Both the position numbers and the translations under genes were made by a program. A DNA stretch of 35,263 bases from IMG/VR virus record IMGVR_UViG_3300027958_000007. One strand, written 5' to 3'. Below, piece by piece: positions 7,969 to 16,570 of the stretch. The notes under the pieces were generated by a model. It worked only from the letters and a program-made list of their open reading frames with translations, searched no databases and was not told where the DNA came from. The stretch comes from a virus. The first letter of the stretch is position 1, and each line of letters begins with the position of its first letter.

Positions 7969-9033
7969 TTATGCCGTGCGCACCCAACGATGAACGATGA
8001 TAAACGGCTGCAAATTATTATGAGCTGCTCCACTACCCGCGTTTTGGTTTGTAGCTATGGCATTGGATGTCGAATAATTCTGGTCTCCGGTTGTGCTTCT
8101 TGGTTTTGGTTGTGCGCCGGATGAATCAGTATAGTCGCTGTTGTTATAAACTGAATGGGAGTGAGCATTTTGGATGTGGGTATGCACTGGCATTTCCGCC
8201 TCAGTGAGAGTATGCGTTTTTTCTCCGCCAGTTTCGCCCAGCGCATCAAACTCGGTTTGCCCAGCATCAATTGCGACGGTCACTCGGCCTGTCCCATGCG
8301 CTGCCCAAGTTCCGAAACCGAGCAAGGTGTTTGGGTTTGTTGCAACATTAAATTCCCGAATAGTTCCGACTGGGTTCAAATAGCTTCCGATAGCTGCCTT
8401 TAAATTCAGAAACGATAGATATTTCAAGACATAGGATCCAGTGCTATCCAAAAGCGGCAATCGATCATTATCTGCCGGAGTTGTTTTTGCACTGACATTG
8501 TTCATCGTGTTTTCCAAATCCAAAATCATTTGAGTCCGGGTGTCAGTTATTTCAGAGGTAGTGATAGATATTGCTCCGTCAGCCACGGCAATGTTTCCAA
8601 GTCGCATATATGGGTTGGACGCTCCTATCTCACCCTCGATATCATTATCGGTGGGCGCGGTAGGGGACGCGGTCGGCGCGCCCTCGACTACGACAAGTTT
8701 GGCGACATTGCTTATCGTGGCATCCGGTGAGACTGCCAAATCAATATATAAAACAACGGCGTCAATTCTGCCGTTACCGCTTGAATTTGATGAAATTGCC
8801 AGCGTCGTATCGGCGGTTATCCTGACCGGATAAACCATTTCCGCCCCGGCTTTTTGCAAATAAGCATGCCCAAGCGCGATCAAAACTGACATGTTTGGAA
8901 CCGATTGCTGCTCAATATTAAGATCTCCGGCATCTTTACCAACTACGCCCGGAGTCTTGATGAGCTGGTTTGCTGCAAAATTTATGATTTCCTCGGGGTG
9001 TTGAGTTCCGCCCGAGCGCATTGTTTGAAGCAT
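7969..9033 (-). CDS. Tail fiber protein with a C-terminal phage tail-collar (MdpB-like) domain
   Basis: 354 aa. Collar-domain motifs GGEKTHTLTEAEMPVHTH ... GSGAAHNNLQPFIIVHRW. Confidence 0.75.
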   Translation of the reverse strand: MLQTMRSGGTQHPEEIINFAANQLIKTPGVVGKDAGDLNIEQQSVPNMSVLIALGHAYLQKAGAEMVYPVRITADTTLAISSNSSGNGRIDAVVLYIDLAVSPDATISNVAKLVVVEGAPTASPTAPTDNDIEGEIGASNPYMRLGNIAVADGAISITTSEITDTRTQMILDLENTMNNVSAKTTPADNDRLPLLDSTGSYVLKYLSFLNLKAAIGSYLNPVGTIREFNVATNPNTLLGFGTWAAHGTGRVTVAIDAGQTEFDALGETGGEKTHTLTEAEMPVHTHIQNAHSHSVYNNSDYTDSSGAQPKPRSTTGDQNYSTSNAIATNQNAGSGAAHNNLQPFIIVHRWVRTA

Positions 9034-9043
9034 ATTTTTAAAT

Positions 9044-9286
9044 TTACGAAATTATGATGCTTTTTTCTATGTCGTTTTTCATTTTCGATGTGATTTCACT
9101 AAGTGCGGCGGTTTCTGCGTCGTTTTTGGCTTGAATATTAGTTTTTATGATATCTCGCTGTCCATCTCTGAATTTTTTTACCAAAGGATCAATGATCGCA
9201 ATCTTAAAATATACAGCAACGGGCTGTTTATTTTCTGTCATGTATTTTGTCAGCTCGTCCGGGATTTCGATTGTATATTTTGCCAT
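9044..9286 (-). CDS. Hypothetical protein (possibly fiber-associated)
   Basis: 80-aa ORF directly upstream of the collar-domain fiber gene. Confidence 0.45.
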   Translation of the reverse strand: MAKYTIEIPDELTKYMTENKQPVAVYFKIAIIDPLVKKFRDGQRDIIKTNIQAKNDAETAALSEITSKMKNDIEKSIIIS

Positions 9287-9413
9287 AAGGTTATTTTAAA
9301 AATTACTATCTTTAAATTTTTTTATAGCCATTCGCGCCTCTGGCTCAGTGTTAAATCTGCCGATGTGTTTAGTTTTTCCTGCCCCGGGTATTGACACTAA
9401 CCTGCCCATAATC

Positions 9414-9638
9414 TTAATACAAATTTTGCCAAACAGTGCCATCATATATTCTTGCCTTTGATAAAGAGCTATCAAAATATATTTGTCCTCTCTCTGGTAT
9501 TGTTGGGGGTGATACATAAACCGGGATAACCAGTTTGCCTGTGGACGGAAAAGTTAAATTTCGCAATGTTTGACGCTCAAGCATCCCGATCCTGTTTTCA
9601 AATCCTTTCAAAATTTCAATAATATTTTTCTCGTTCAT
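9414..9638 (-). CDS. Small fiber-like protein
   Basis: 74 aa. C-terminal GQIYFDSSLSKARIYDGTVWQNLY resembles tail-fiber repeat motifs. Its start overlaps the Tal stop. Confidence 0.5.
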   Translation of the reverse strand: MNEKNIIEILKGFENRIGMLERQTLRNLTFPSTGKLVIPVYVSPPTIPERGQIYFDSSLSKARIYDGTVWQNLY

Positions 9639-10672
9639 TATATTGGATATGCGGTTAAGTTCACTTTGCCTGATTGATCCAAAGTCCGACGCAAAACCCT
9701 ATAACTTCCGTCGATATTTTCTTGCTCGATTATTATTTTAATTTTATCACCAACTTGGTAATCAGTAAACAAAGGCGAGTCAAAGCGCAAATCAATATTT
9801 ATTGTTTTTCTAGGGAAAGTCCACTTGAGCAAATATTTATCGCCCTTATCTTGTAATGTCGTCGTTTCTTGAATATCTTTTTCGCTAGTAGTTTCTTGCA
9901 ATAGCCCATAAGAATTTTTGTAGGCATTATCAGCGTCGCGGGTGACTGAGACGATATCATCTCCAAAATTTTCTCCAAGCACGACAATTTGATTGACCAT
10001 CCCGAGCAACCCATTTTCGCTGATTTGATATCCGTCAATATTATGCCCATATTCTGCGACCACATTTGCTCGGGTGCTGCCTCTCTCCGGATAAAAAATA
10101 TTAAAGACTTTCCCGGTGTCTATGTCAAAATCAAAACCATTGACAATTTCTTTGTTACTCAGCTTTTCGATTGCCGTCTTGATATTTTCAAAGCGATAGG
10201 TACGGTCTCGGTTGACTGTCGTGGGATCAGTTCCCCGGGTTATCCCCATATCACCATAAGTCAATGCCTGTGTGTAGGAAATTAAGTCCCATGCAATATC
10301 CGACGCATCCGTGGATGAATAAAATTTATATTCTTCGGTGATCCGCTTATCGAGCAACGAGAAAAACCCCTTGCTGTTTATTGAAATTGATCCGCCATCC
10401 TCCTTGCCCGAATTTGTTTGCATCTCATCAATAAACCCGGAATAAAGCAGATTGCCACTGGCATCATATAAATATATTTCACGATATCCCAACTTAAAAA
10501 GATCATAGGGCGTGATTGAAAATTTGTCCAAAACCGACTGTAACATTTGACGGTTAAAAGAAAATTGACCGGTTCGATCGTTGTTTAATTCCTCGGCAAT
10601 TGAAAAATTATCGAAAGGAACCTCCCACTTTTGCGATGCGTCTGCATTTTGAATAATTAAGCTAAAATCCAT
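9638..10672 (-). CDS. Tal-like tail-tip protein (prophage endopeptidase-tail N-terminal type)
   Basis: 344 aa, in the canonical position after Dit. Confidence 0.55.
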   Translation of the reverse strand: MDFSLIIQNADASQKWEVPFDNFSIAEELNNDRTGQFSFNRQMLQSVLDKFSITPYDLFKLGYREIYLYDASGNLLYSGFIDEMQTNSGKEDGGSISINSKGFFSLLDKRITEEYKFYSSTDASDIAWDLISYTQALTYGDMGITRGTDPTTVNRDRTYRFENIKTAIEKLSNKEIVNGFDFDIDTGKVFNIFYPERGSTRANVVAEYGHNIDGYQISENGLLGMVNQIVVLGENFGDDIVSVTRDADNAYKNSYGLLQETTSEKDIQETTTLQDKGDKYLLKWTFPRKTINIDLRFDSPLFTDYQVGDKIKIIIEQENIDGSYRVLRRTLDQSGKVNLTAYPI

Positions 10673-10676
10673 ATTT

Positions 10677-11510
10677 TTATATTCCGAGGTAGCTGTCCCT
10701 ATAAATTATTTCAGTGCGGGCGTCATCATCGTATGTCACTGCCGATGTCCTAATCGAGTTTGCTCCGGGCGCCAGTATCAACCAATCGCCGGAAGCAGCC
10801 CCACGGATATTCGATGTGCCATTAAGCAGCACCGTACGATTATAAACATCGATTTCGATATAGTCTCCATTTGCTAAATCGTAAGTCAAAGATAATGTTT
10901 CCCCTGTAGTTTCATTCGAGATGCTCGGGTTTTCAATTGCCCCATATATTTTGATAATAGGGTAAATATTCGCGTTGCCGGAGTTGGATATTTCCTGCGC
11001 TCCAGCGTCTCCGTTGGCCAAAGACATCGGCATCTCAGCTGGAATTTCAGTCCCTCCGCCTGAAAATGCGGGAATTGATATCGTTTGCTCATTTTGCCCG
11101 ACTAAAAATGGATAAGGCGCCACGAGTTCGATCCGGAAATCTCCACGGGTCAGTCTGCCGGACTGGTATGGCATATCCAAGGCCGTTGAAGCAATTGTCT
11201 CGGCTTGTAATACTAATCCCGCCCGAGTGTTTATTTTAGTGGTCACAAGTCCGCCATCATAATTCAAGGCCGACGACAAAAGGCGCCGTTTTAAATCATA
11301 ATCCTCGGCAGTTGTTCCGAGGATATATCCCTCGATCGTCATAATCCTGCGCCCGAATTTGTGCATGCCTAGTGCGGCACCATGATAATTCCCGCGATTT
11401 TGTATATCAACGCGCACCTCCGGAAAGCCAAAACCACTCAGTCTGGTGAATAAATATCCGCCAACATATTGCCCCAGCAAAAGCCCGTTTATTTCAATTG
11501 ATGCGATCAT
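10677..11510 (-). CDS. Distal tail protein (Dit)
   Basis: Canonical position after TMP. The track ORF is trimmed to the ATG at 11510 (MIASIEINGLLL...), 5 nt after the TMP stop. Confidence 0.65.
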   Translation of the reverse strand: MIASIEINGLLLGQYVGGYLFTRLSGFGFPEVRVDIQNRGNYHGAALGMHKFGRRIMTIEGYILGTTAEDYDLKRRLLSSALNYDGGLVTTKINTRAGLVLQAETIASTALDMPYQSGRLTRGDFRIELVAPYPFLVGQNEQTISIPAFSGGGTEIPAEMPMSLANGDAGAQEISNSGNANIYPIIKIYGAIENPSISNETTGETLSLTYDLANGDYIEIDVYNRTVLLNGTSNIRGAASGDWLILAPGANSIRTSAVTYDDDARTEIIYRDSYLGI

Positions 11511-11514
11511 AAAT

Positions 11515-13389
11515 TTATGCGTTCCTATAATTAAAAGCCAACCGCTCATTCAAAACATCAATATCAAGCGTGTCAGCGACATTATTCGTGATATATTGAT
11601 TGATTATTTTTTGGCCTCCAACTTGATCCGGGGTATCCCTTGTTAAATTTATTCCACTTGTTATTCCGGCGATATTCGATGCGAGTTCACTTGAAAAAGA
11701 GGGTATAGCCACTTTTTTCAATTCATCCGTCGAAAAGGCGACAACTTCGCGCAATCTGTCTGCTATTGATGGGCTGTTTCGCTCATCTTTATCAAAGGCG
11801 CTGGATATCGCGTGCCTGATTTTGTCCGCTAATTCCTTGGCTTTATTCCACATATCCGTGAATCGTCCAACAAAAAAATCATATAAGCCATTCAGATATT
11901 GCTTGACCCCCTCGATTGCGGTTGCGAATATCGCCTTGATATCATTCCATCTCGCCTGCGTTGCCGACTTTATCAATTCCCACATTGCGCCCCATTGTCC
12001 AGTAAATAGCAGATAGAAAAATGCCATCGTATCAGTGATTGCATTAAATACAAATTTGATATATTGCCAAATCGACGAAAAGGCCAGTTTCGCGGCGTTC
12101 CAAAGGTCTTTTCCCCATGCGTCCCACCCGGCCTTGAAAAGATCCATGGCCGCTCGGATCCATCCCAAAACTGTCGCGGTTGTTTCTTGGATGCCAAACC
12201 AATTTTCATTCCACATCTTTGAGAACAAGACAACGACAGCGATGATACCTGTAAATATTAAAATGATTGTGGCGTGCGCGATTAAAAATCCGATAACAAA
12301 CGCCGCCAACATGGCGCCGACTGCGATAAAAAATCCGTATAAAAATGCTTTGCGGTTTTCGACTGTTGAAAAAAATTGCACAATTATGTCAATCACCGGT
12401 TGCATTAAGGCTTTAGCCTTATCCCCGAAAGTTGATATCGCCGAAATTGTGTTTGTAATGAAATTGATGATGTCATCTTTATGCACCGCTAAATAGTCCA
12501 TGACCCGGGTGATGCCAGCTTTCACCCCATCGAATATCCCGGTCTTGGTCATAATCTCAACCGAGAAAATGGCAAAAGTGTCTTTCATATTTGACACTAA
12601 CTGGTTGAAAGTCCCGGCCTGATCGACAAAGGCGTTGGCAAATTTTCCGCTGCCATTCCCGGCCTCGGCGAACATCTTTTTCAGTACATCAAAACTGATC
12701 TCTCCATTTGAAATCATGTCACCCAACGCCTCACCGGATTTCCCGGTGCTTTGCTCCAACATCTTAAAAATAGGGATCCCAGCAAAAGCAAATTGTTTTA
12801 TATCAATCATACTGGCTTTCCCAACGGATCCGATTTGTTGCAAGTTGACGATAATGCGATCCAACTGTTCTTGACCTCCGCCAGTCGCCGCAATAGCTTT
12901 TCCAACATCCAAAAGCATCTTTTCGCTGTCCTGAGCATTCCCTGTGACGGCCGTCAATAGTTTGTTGGCGTTAATCAATCCCATCATTTCAAATGGGGTG
13001 CTTGCGGCATCCTTTTTGATCATTTCAATCGCTTTGTCGGCTTCCTCAACCGTTCCCAGAAGCGTTTTAAAGGCCATACGCTGGCTTTCCAAGTCTCCGG
13101 TCACTTTGATGGCTTTATAGCCGACAACTGCCATGGCGGCGCCAATAACGGCTAATCCGGTGGCTATGGCTTCGCCTGCACTGGCCATTTGAGATCCAGC
13201 GTTTTTGAAACTACTGCCCATACTGCCGACCTGACTTTTGACCTGCGAAATACCCGACTTCATATCTGAGATGTCGGCTTTAAATTTTGCAATCACGCTG
13301 CCAGCCTCGAGCGCCATATTTTTGACATTATCGCTTATTAAGAATCGCTTTGAGTTTATCGAAAGCCCCAGGTTCTGGGGTTGACTCAA
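11515..13389 (-). CDS. Tail tape measure protein
   Basis: 624 aa. Ala/Gly-rich helical sequence, central TM-like segments, and position after the G/GT chaperones. The start may instead be the ATG at 13317, after the T-frame stop. Confidence 0.85.
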   Translation of the reverse strand: MSQPQNLGLSINSKRFLISDNVKNMALEAGSVIAKFKADISDMKSGISQVKSQVGSMGSSFKNAGSQMASAGEAIATGLAVIGAAMAVVGYKAIKVTGDLESQRMAFKTLLGTVEEADKAIEMIKKDAASTPFEMMGLINANKLLTAVTGNAQDSEKMLLDVGKAIAATGGGQEQLDRIIVNLQQIGSVGKASMIDIKQFAFAGIPIFKMLEQSTGKSGEALGDMISNGEISFDVLKKMFAEAGNGSGKFANAFVDQAGTFNQLVSNMKDTFAIFSVEIMTKTGIFDGVKAGITRVMDYLAVHKDDIINFITNTISAISTFGDKAKALMQPVIDIIVQFFSTVENRKAFLYGFFIAVGAMLAAFVIGFLIAHATIILIFTGIIAVVVLFSKMWNENWFGIQETTATVLGWIRAAMDLFKAGWDAWGKDLWNAAKLAFSSIWQYIKFVFNAITDTMAFFYLLFTGQWGAMWELIKSATQARWNDIKAIFATAIEGVKQYLNGLYDFFVGRFTDMWNKAKELADKIRHAISSAFDKDERNSPSIADRLREVVAFSTDELKKVAIPSFSSELASNIAGITSGINLTRDTPDQVGGQKIINQYITNNVADTLDIDVLNERLAFNYRNA

Positions 13390-13696
13390 TCATACCGCTT
13401 TTTTCCAATTTCTTCAATTCGTTTTGAATATAATTTTGGAGTGTTTTTGGTTCTTTCATATGCGGGTTTGATATGATCGCCAATTGCATCAAACTTTCTT
13501 GCAATTTCCGACGCTTGATCATGTCGATGTACTCAATGGCTTCGTCCAAATAAACGGTGTCAAGAATGTCATTTTTTGACCAATGGTAATTGCTGGCCAA
13601 GGCATCAACGATGCTCTGCAAAAAGTGGTCAAGGGTTTGCTCAATCGGTTGGCTTTCGCTTTTTATTGCGTCGCTCTCAACCCTTTGATTTTTTTT
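13328..13696 (-). CDS. gpT-like -1 frame extension, expressed as a G-T fusion by programmed frameshift
   Basis: By hand translation, the -1 frame is open without stops from the slippery site to 13328. The track ORF 13328..13621 is the ATG/TTG-delimited part of this frame. Confidence 0.7.
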   Translation of the reverse strand, partial: KKNQRVESDAIKSESQPIEQTLDHFLQSIVDALASNYHWSKNDILDTVYLDEAIEYIDMIKRRKLQESLMQLAIISNPHMKEPKTLQNYIQNELKKLEKSGMIESTPEPGAFDKLKAILNKR

Positions 13697-14034
13697 ACGC
13701 TTTCAAATATCTTACTGACATTGTTTACTTCCAAAATTTCAGTGACAAGCTCAATAATTTCATCCAGTCCACACTCCATTAAAAAGTCCTCAGTAAAGTC
13801 CGGGTTGTCCACTGCCTTGACAACTACCCCGGAAACGGCTGGTAATATGCCAGCGATAATAAGCGGTAAAGTTTCCAATATCTTTTCGGACGGCAGTTTG
13901 TCGATGTTTGTCAATTGCTCGGGTAATCGCTGCAAGTCTGTCAATAACCCAATGATTTTTCGCAAGGGTAATTTTTTGATTGTGATTTTTAGGCCGTTGA
14001 TTGTGATATCTCTTTCTGTTTTGATTATTTTCAT
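13663..14034 (-). CDS. Tail assembly chaperone (gpG-like)
   Basis: 123 aa between the major tail protein and TMP genes. Contains the slippery site near its 3' end. Confidence 0.75.
   Translation of the reverse strand: MKIIKTERDITINGLKITIKKLPLRKIIGLLTDLQRLPEQLTNIDKLPSEKILETLPLIIAGILPAVSGVVVKAVDNPDFTEDFLMECGLDEIIELVTEILEVNNVSKIFESVKKIKGLRATQ
13690..13696 (-). promoter_or_regulatory. -1 programmed ribosomal frameshift slippery heptamer A_AAA_AAA
   Basis: mRNA reads GTA AAA AAA ATC in the zero frame, so the X_XXY_YYZ phasing is correct. The run of 8 A spans 13689-13696. Confidence 0.7.
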
Positions 14035-14084
14035 GTTTTTATTTGGGTGTCATTGCCGTTGTCGGCGCACCTCTTTAAAAAATA

Positions 14085-14600
14085 TTAAGCTGCTGAATCT
14101 CCCACGATACCTAGGTAATTTCCATTCGATTTGGTTGTGTCGATCAAAGCCTCAAATTCCACCTCCATAATTCTCTCGTCTTCTACGGTGTAATTTAATT
14201 CAACTTCGCCGGTCACAACTGCCTTGTAAACAACAACATCCTCATCCCGATTTGATGCGTCGTTTACCAATGGATGCAATACCAAAACCGCTGCCTTTGA
14301 CGCGAGTCTTGCGCCTGCGTTACTTCCGAGAGTCACTCGCTTGTCGCCTGACCCTGCTAGCGTTCCAAGTGGCATAACCTTTGCAAGGTTCGCAACCTGA
14401 GTCTCTGCTAGCGGCACCTTGATGGTCATTTTTTCACCAACCAAAGCTTTGTCAACGCAAGTATTGCCATACTGATCAACTACGATATCGGAATATTCCG
14501 GTGCATAGTTTACAGTGCAACCGCCTTTTGTGTGACCCAGCTCAGTGCCGCCAAAGGTGATTTTGCATGCTCCAATTTTCACATTTGCTACATCGCTCAT
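14085..14600 (-). CDS. Major tail (tube) protein
   Basis: 171 aa, directly upstream of the chaperone genes, with beta-rich composition. Confidence 0.65.
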   Translation of the reverse strand: MSDVANVKIGACKITFGGTELGHTKGGCTVNYAPEYSDIVVDQYGNTCVDKALVGEKMTIKVPLAETQVANLAKVMPLGTLAGSGDKRVTLGSNAGARLASKAAVLVLHPLVNDASNRDEDVVVYKAVVTGEVELNYTVEDERIMEVEFEALIDTTKSNGNYLGIVGDSAA

Positions 14601-15040
14601 ATTTTATCACCTCCTTTCTGTTTTAGTCCCATGTGCAATGTTGCGTGGCAACTCCTGCAAAGGACTGCTAGGTTATTTAAACAATCATTTGGCTGTCCTC
14701 CCTTTTCAAGGCAATTTCTCCCAATATTATCTATATGATGTATGCACAAATCTTTACTCCCACCACACTTTTCGCACTTCTTCCCTGCCCGCTCTACCGC
14801 TTTTATGGCGTTCTCCCCATTTCTATACACTTGGTTCCAAGAAATGCCATGAAATTCTTTAAATTTTTTTCGCGACTCTCTTAAATAGACTGCCGCTGGG
14901 TTATTTGACAAAATTATGCTCTCTCTTTTTTTAGCGCTATATTTTCTTTGCCTAGCTGCGCATTTTTTACGCAACTCAATTTTGTTTTTATAATAATACT
15001 CTCTGCATATAGCGTTATGCTCTTTTTTAGTTCTTTTCAT
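14597..15040 (-). CDS. HNH endonuclease
   Basis: 147 aa. CEKCGG...LCIHHID...NNLAVLCRSCHATLH matches the HNH/zinc-finger pattern. 4-nt overlap with the major tail gene. Confidence 0.85.
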   Translation of the reverse strand: MKRTKKEHNAICREYYYKNKIELRKKCAARQRKYSAKKRESIILSNNPAAVYLRESRKKFKEFHGISWNQVYRNGENAIKAVERAGKKCEKCGGSKDLCIHHIDNIGRNCLEKGGQPNDCLNNLAVLCRSCHATLHMGLKQKGGDKI

Positions 15041-15245
15041 AACATTTATCTCTATTTAAAACCAACTCGTCATTATTAGTGAGCTTTTTAATCAAACTCA
15101 CCGGGGTTTTATAACTGATCACATTCATCTCCCCGCACTTACATTTTATCATAATACGCCCGGCATAGATATATTCGAGCGCCAACAGCTTCCGGCAGTT
15201 GGTGCATCTGATCTCTTTCCAAAATTTATCGTCTTTTTTTATCAT
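15027..15245 (-). CDS. Com-like zinc-ribbon protein (Mu Com family pattern)
   Basis: 72 aa. EIRCTNCRKLLALEYIYAGRIMIKCKCGEMNVI parallels Mu Com (IRCKNCNKLL...IEIRCPRCK). 14-nt overlap with the HNH start. Confidence 0.6.
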   Translation of the reverse strand: MIKKDDKFWKEIRCTNCRKLLALEYIYAGRIMIKCKCGEMNVISYKTPVSLIKKLTNNDELVLNRDKCYEKN

Positions 15246-15249
15246 GATT

Positions 15250-16200
15250 TTATTCTATCATCATTATTTTAGGGGTGAATGTTGATGTCTTTGTCGTAAT
15301 TGCTATAAGAAAAAAGTCCATCGCTAAATTTGATATAGTACCCTCGACCACTCCAAGCGCGTCGCACTCAACCCCAACCTGACTAAATCTAGCTACCTTG
15401 TCCGTTACCGCCATCGTTGCTCCGTTTTTTCTTATATCGCCAATATATAAAGATGTCGCTATTGTATTTCTTTCCATAAAAACCCCGGAAGCCTCCGCCC
15501 CTATCGGAATATCCGTATAGCTATTTATGCCAGCCAGCGAAACATCGACAGCATTTACATTAAAATTTATATTCGCTCCATTTAAAAAATATCCAGTTAA
15601 AAATATCAAAGAACCTGTCGATTGGCTGTAACATTCGAAAATATTATTGGTATCGACTTTTACAAGGTTCGTTTTTTGCCAGCTTGCTCTTGCATTCGCG
15701 GAAATCCTATTATCCGTACTTCCGTTTGCCCTGGTATTTAGTATTTCATAAGTAAAGCTGGATGTCCTCCTTAATTCTATTATTGCACCTGCAATATTTC
15801 CAGCGTCAGTCGAAACACTTGATGATATGTCAATATCTTGCCAGCTCCCTTTTGACGCGGGCGTTTTATCAATTCCATTTGTAAAAAAAACAGCCTCATC
15901 TTCGGCGAATCCGACTATATACATTTTTGGGGTTTCAGCAGTTTCGTATATTTCAAAAATTTTGTTATCATCAACCCCAAAAATAGCCAAGCCCACATCA
16001 ACGCCAGTTACAATTCCAAATCGATTATCGGAACTTCCATTTTTTCTTATTCCGGCCGACCTGTCCGCGCCGTCAATACCTCCCGCCACGCGCAAGATAA
16101 CTCCCGTCGCGCCTGCCGAAACATAAGCCGACGCGTCTATGTCCACCCAAGATGAATAAACGGTGTTTACTATTTCAACTGGCTCAATCCAAGTTATCAT
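15250..16200 (-). CDS. Virion-module protein made of three internal repeats of about 100 aa
   Basis: 316 aa. Recurring motifs W/Y-x-DI(D/P), (R)xNG(S/A)(S/T)DNR-like, NN(K/I)FE(I/C)Y and hydrophobic x(V/T)G(F/Y) appear three times. Confidence 0.6.
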   Translation of the reverse strand: MITWIEPVEIVNTVYSSWVDIDASAYVSAGATGVILRVAGGIDGADRSAGIRKNGSSDNRFGIVTGVDVGLAIFGVDDNKIFEIYETAETPKMYIVGFAEDEAVFFTNGIDKTPASKGSWQDIDISSSVSTDAGNIAGAIIELRRTSSFTYEILNTRANGSTDNRISANARASWQKTNLVKVDTNNIFECYSQSTGSLIFLTGYFLNGANINFNVNAVDVSLAGINSYTDIPIGAEASGVFMERNTIATSLYIGDIRKNGATMAVTDKVARFSQVGVECDALGVVEGTISNLAMDFFLIAITTKTSTFTPKIMMIE

Positions 16201-16553
16201 TCAATGATAAAACCCTCACTGGCCAACTGCGCTATGCTGTCCAGCGTGGCTTGATAATCAATTCCCAATTCTTCGTCAGTCAAAGGGGTCGGGTCTTCCG
16301 AATTTAGTTCATACAAAGCCTTGTCCCGTAAACGAAAAATCAATCCGTGCAATTTATCAAATTGGATTTTGTTTTCTTCCGTCGTGGCTTTGACATCATA
16401 CCCTTGCCAAATTGATGAAAAACCATTCCGCCAATTATCGTAATACGCGGAAGTCAAAGCGTCGTGCAAGTCGTTAAAATACGGGTCAACCTCCCGCCTC
16501 AATTCTTCAAGGCCGATGAAGTCGAAATTTCGCACTGATGGAATGTAGGTCAT
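16197..16553 (-). CDS. Hypothetical protein (possibly a fiber chaperone)
   Basis: 118-aa ORF. ATGA overlap with the downstream gene. Confidence 0.5.
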   Translation of the reverse strand: MTYIPSVRNFDFIGLEELRREVDPYFNDLHDALTSAYYDNWRNGFSSIWQGYDVKATTEENKIQFDKLHGLIFRLRDKALYELNSEDPTPLTDEELGIDYQATLDSIAQLASEGFIIE

Positions 16554-16570
16554 ATTTTTTAATTAATTTT

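Noticed and set aside
14035-14084. A hairpin (GCCG-ACAA-CGGC within GGTG...CACC) between the major tail and chaperone genes, considered as a terminator.
   Set aside because: No U-run follows it on the coding-strand RNA. At most it is an mRNA-stability or expression-ratio element, which is too weak to call.
13583-14170. Long plus-strand ORFs in the track, for example 13583..14170, 16673..17431, 20777..21307, 30941..31489, 6504..6860 and 23779..24180.
   Set aside because: All lie antisense to minus-strand genes with clear family motifs. Their products are Ser/Leu/Cys-rich and low-complexity, as is typical of shadow ORFs. None has a start context or a partner gene on the plus strand.
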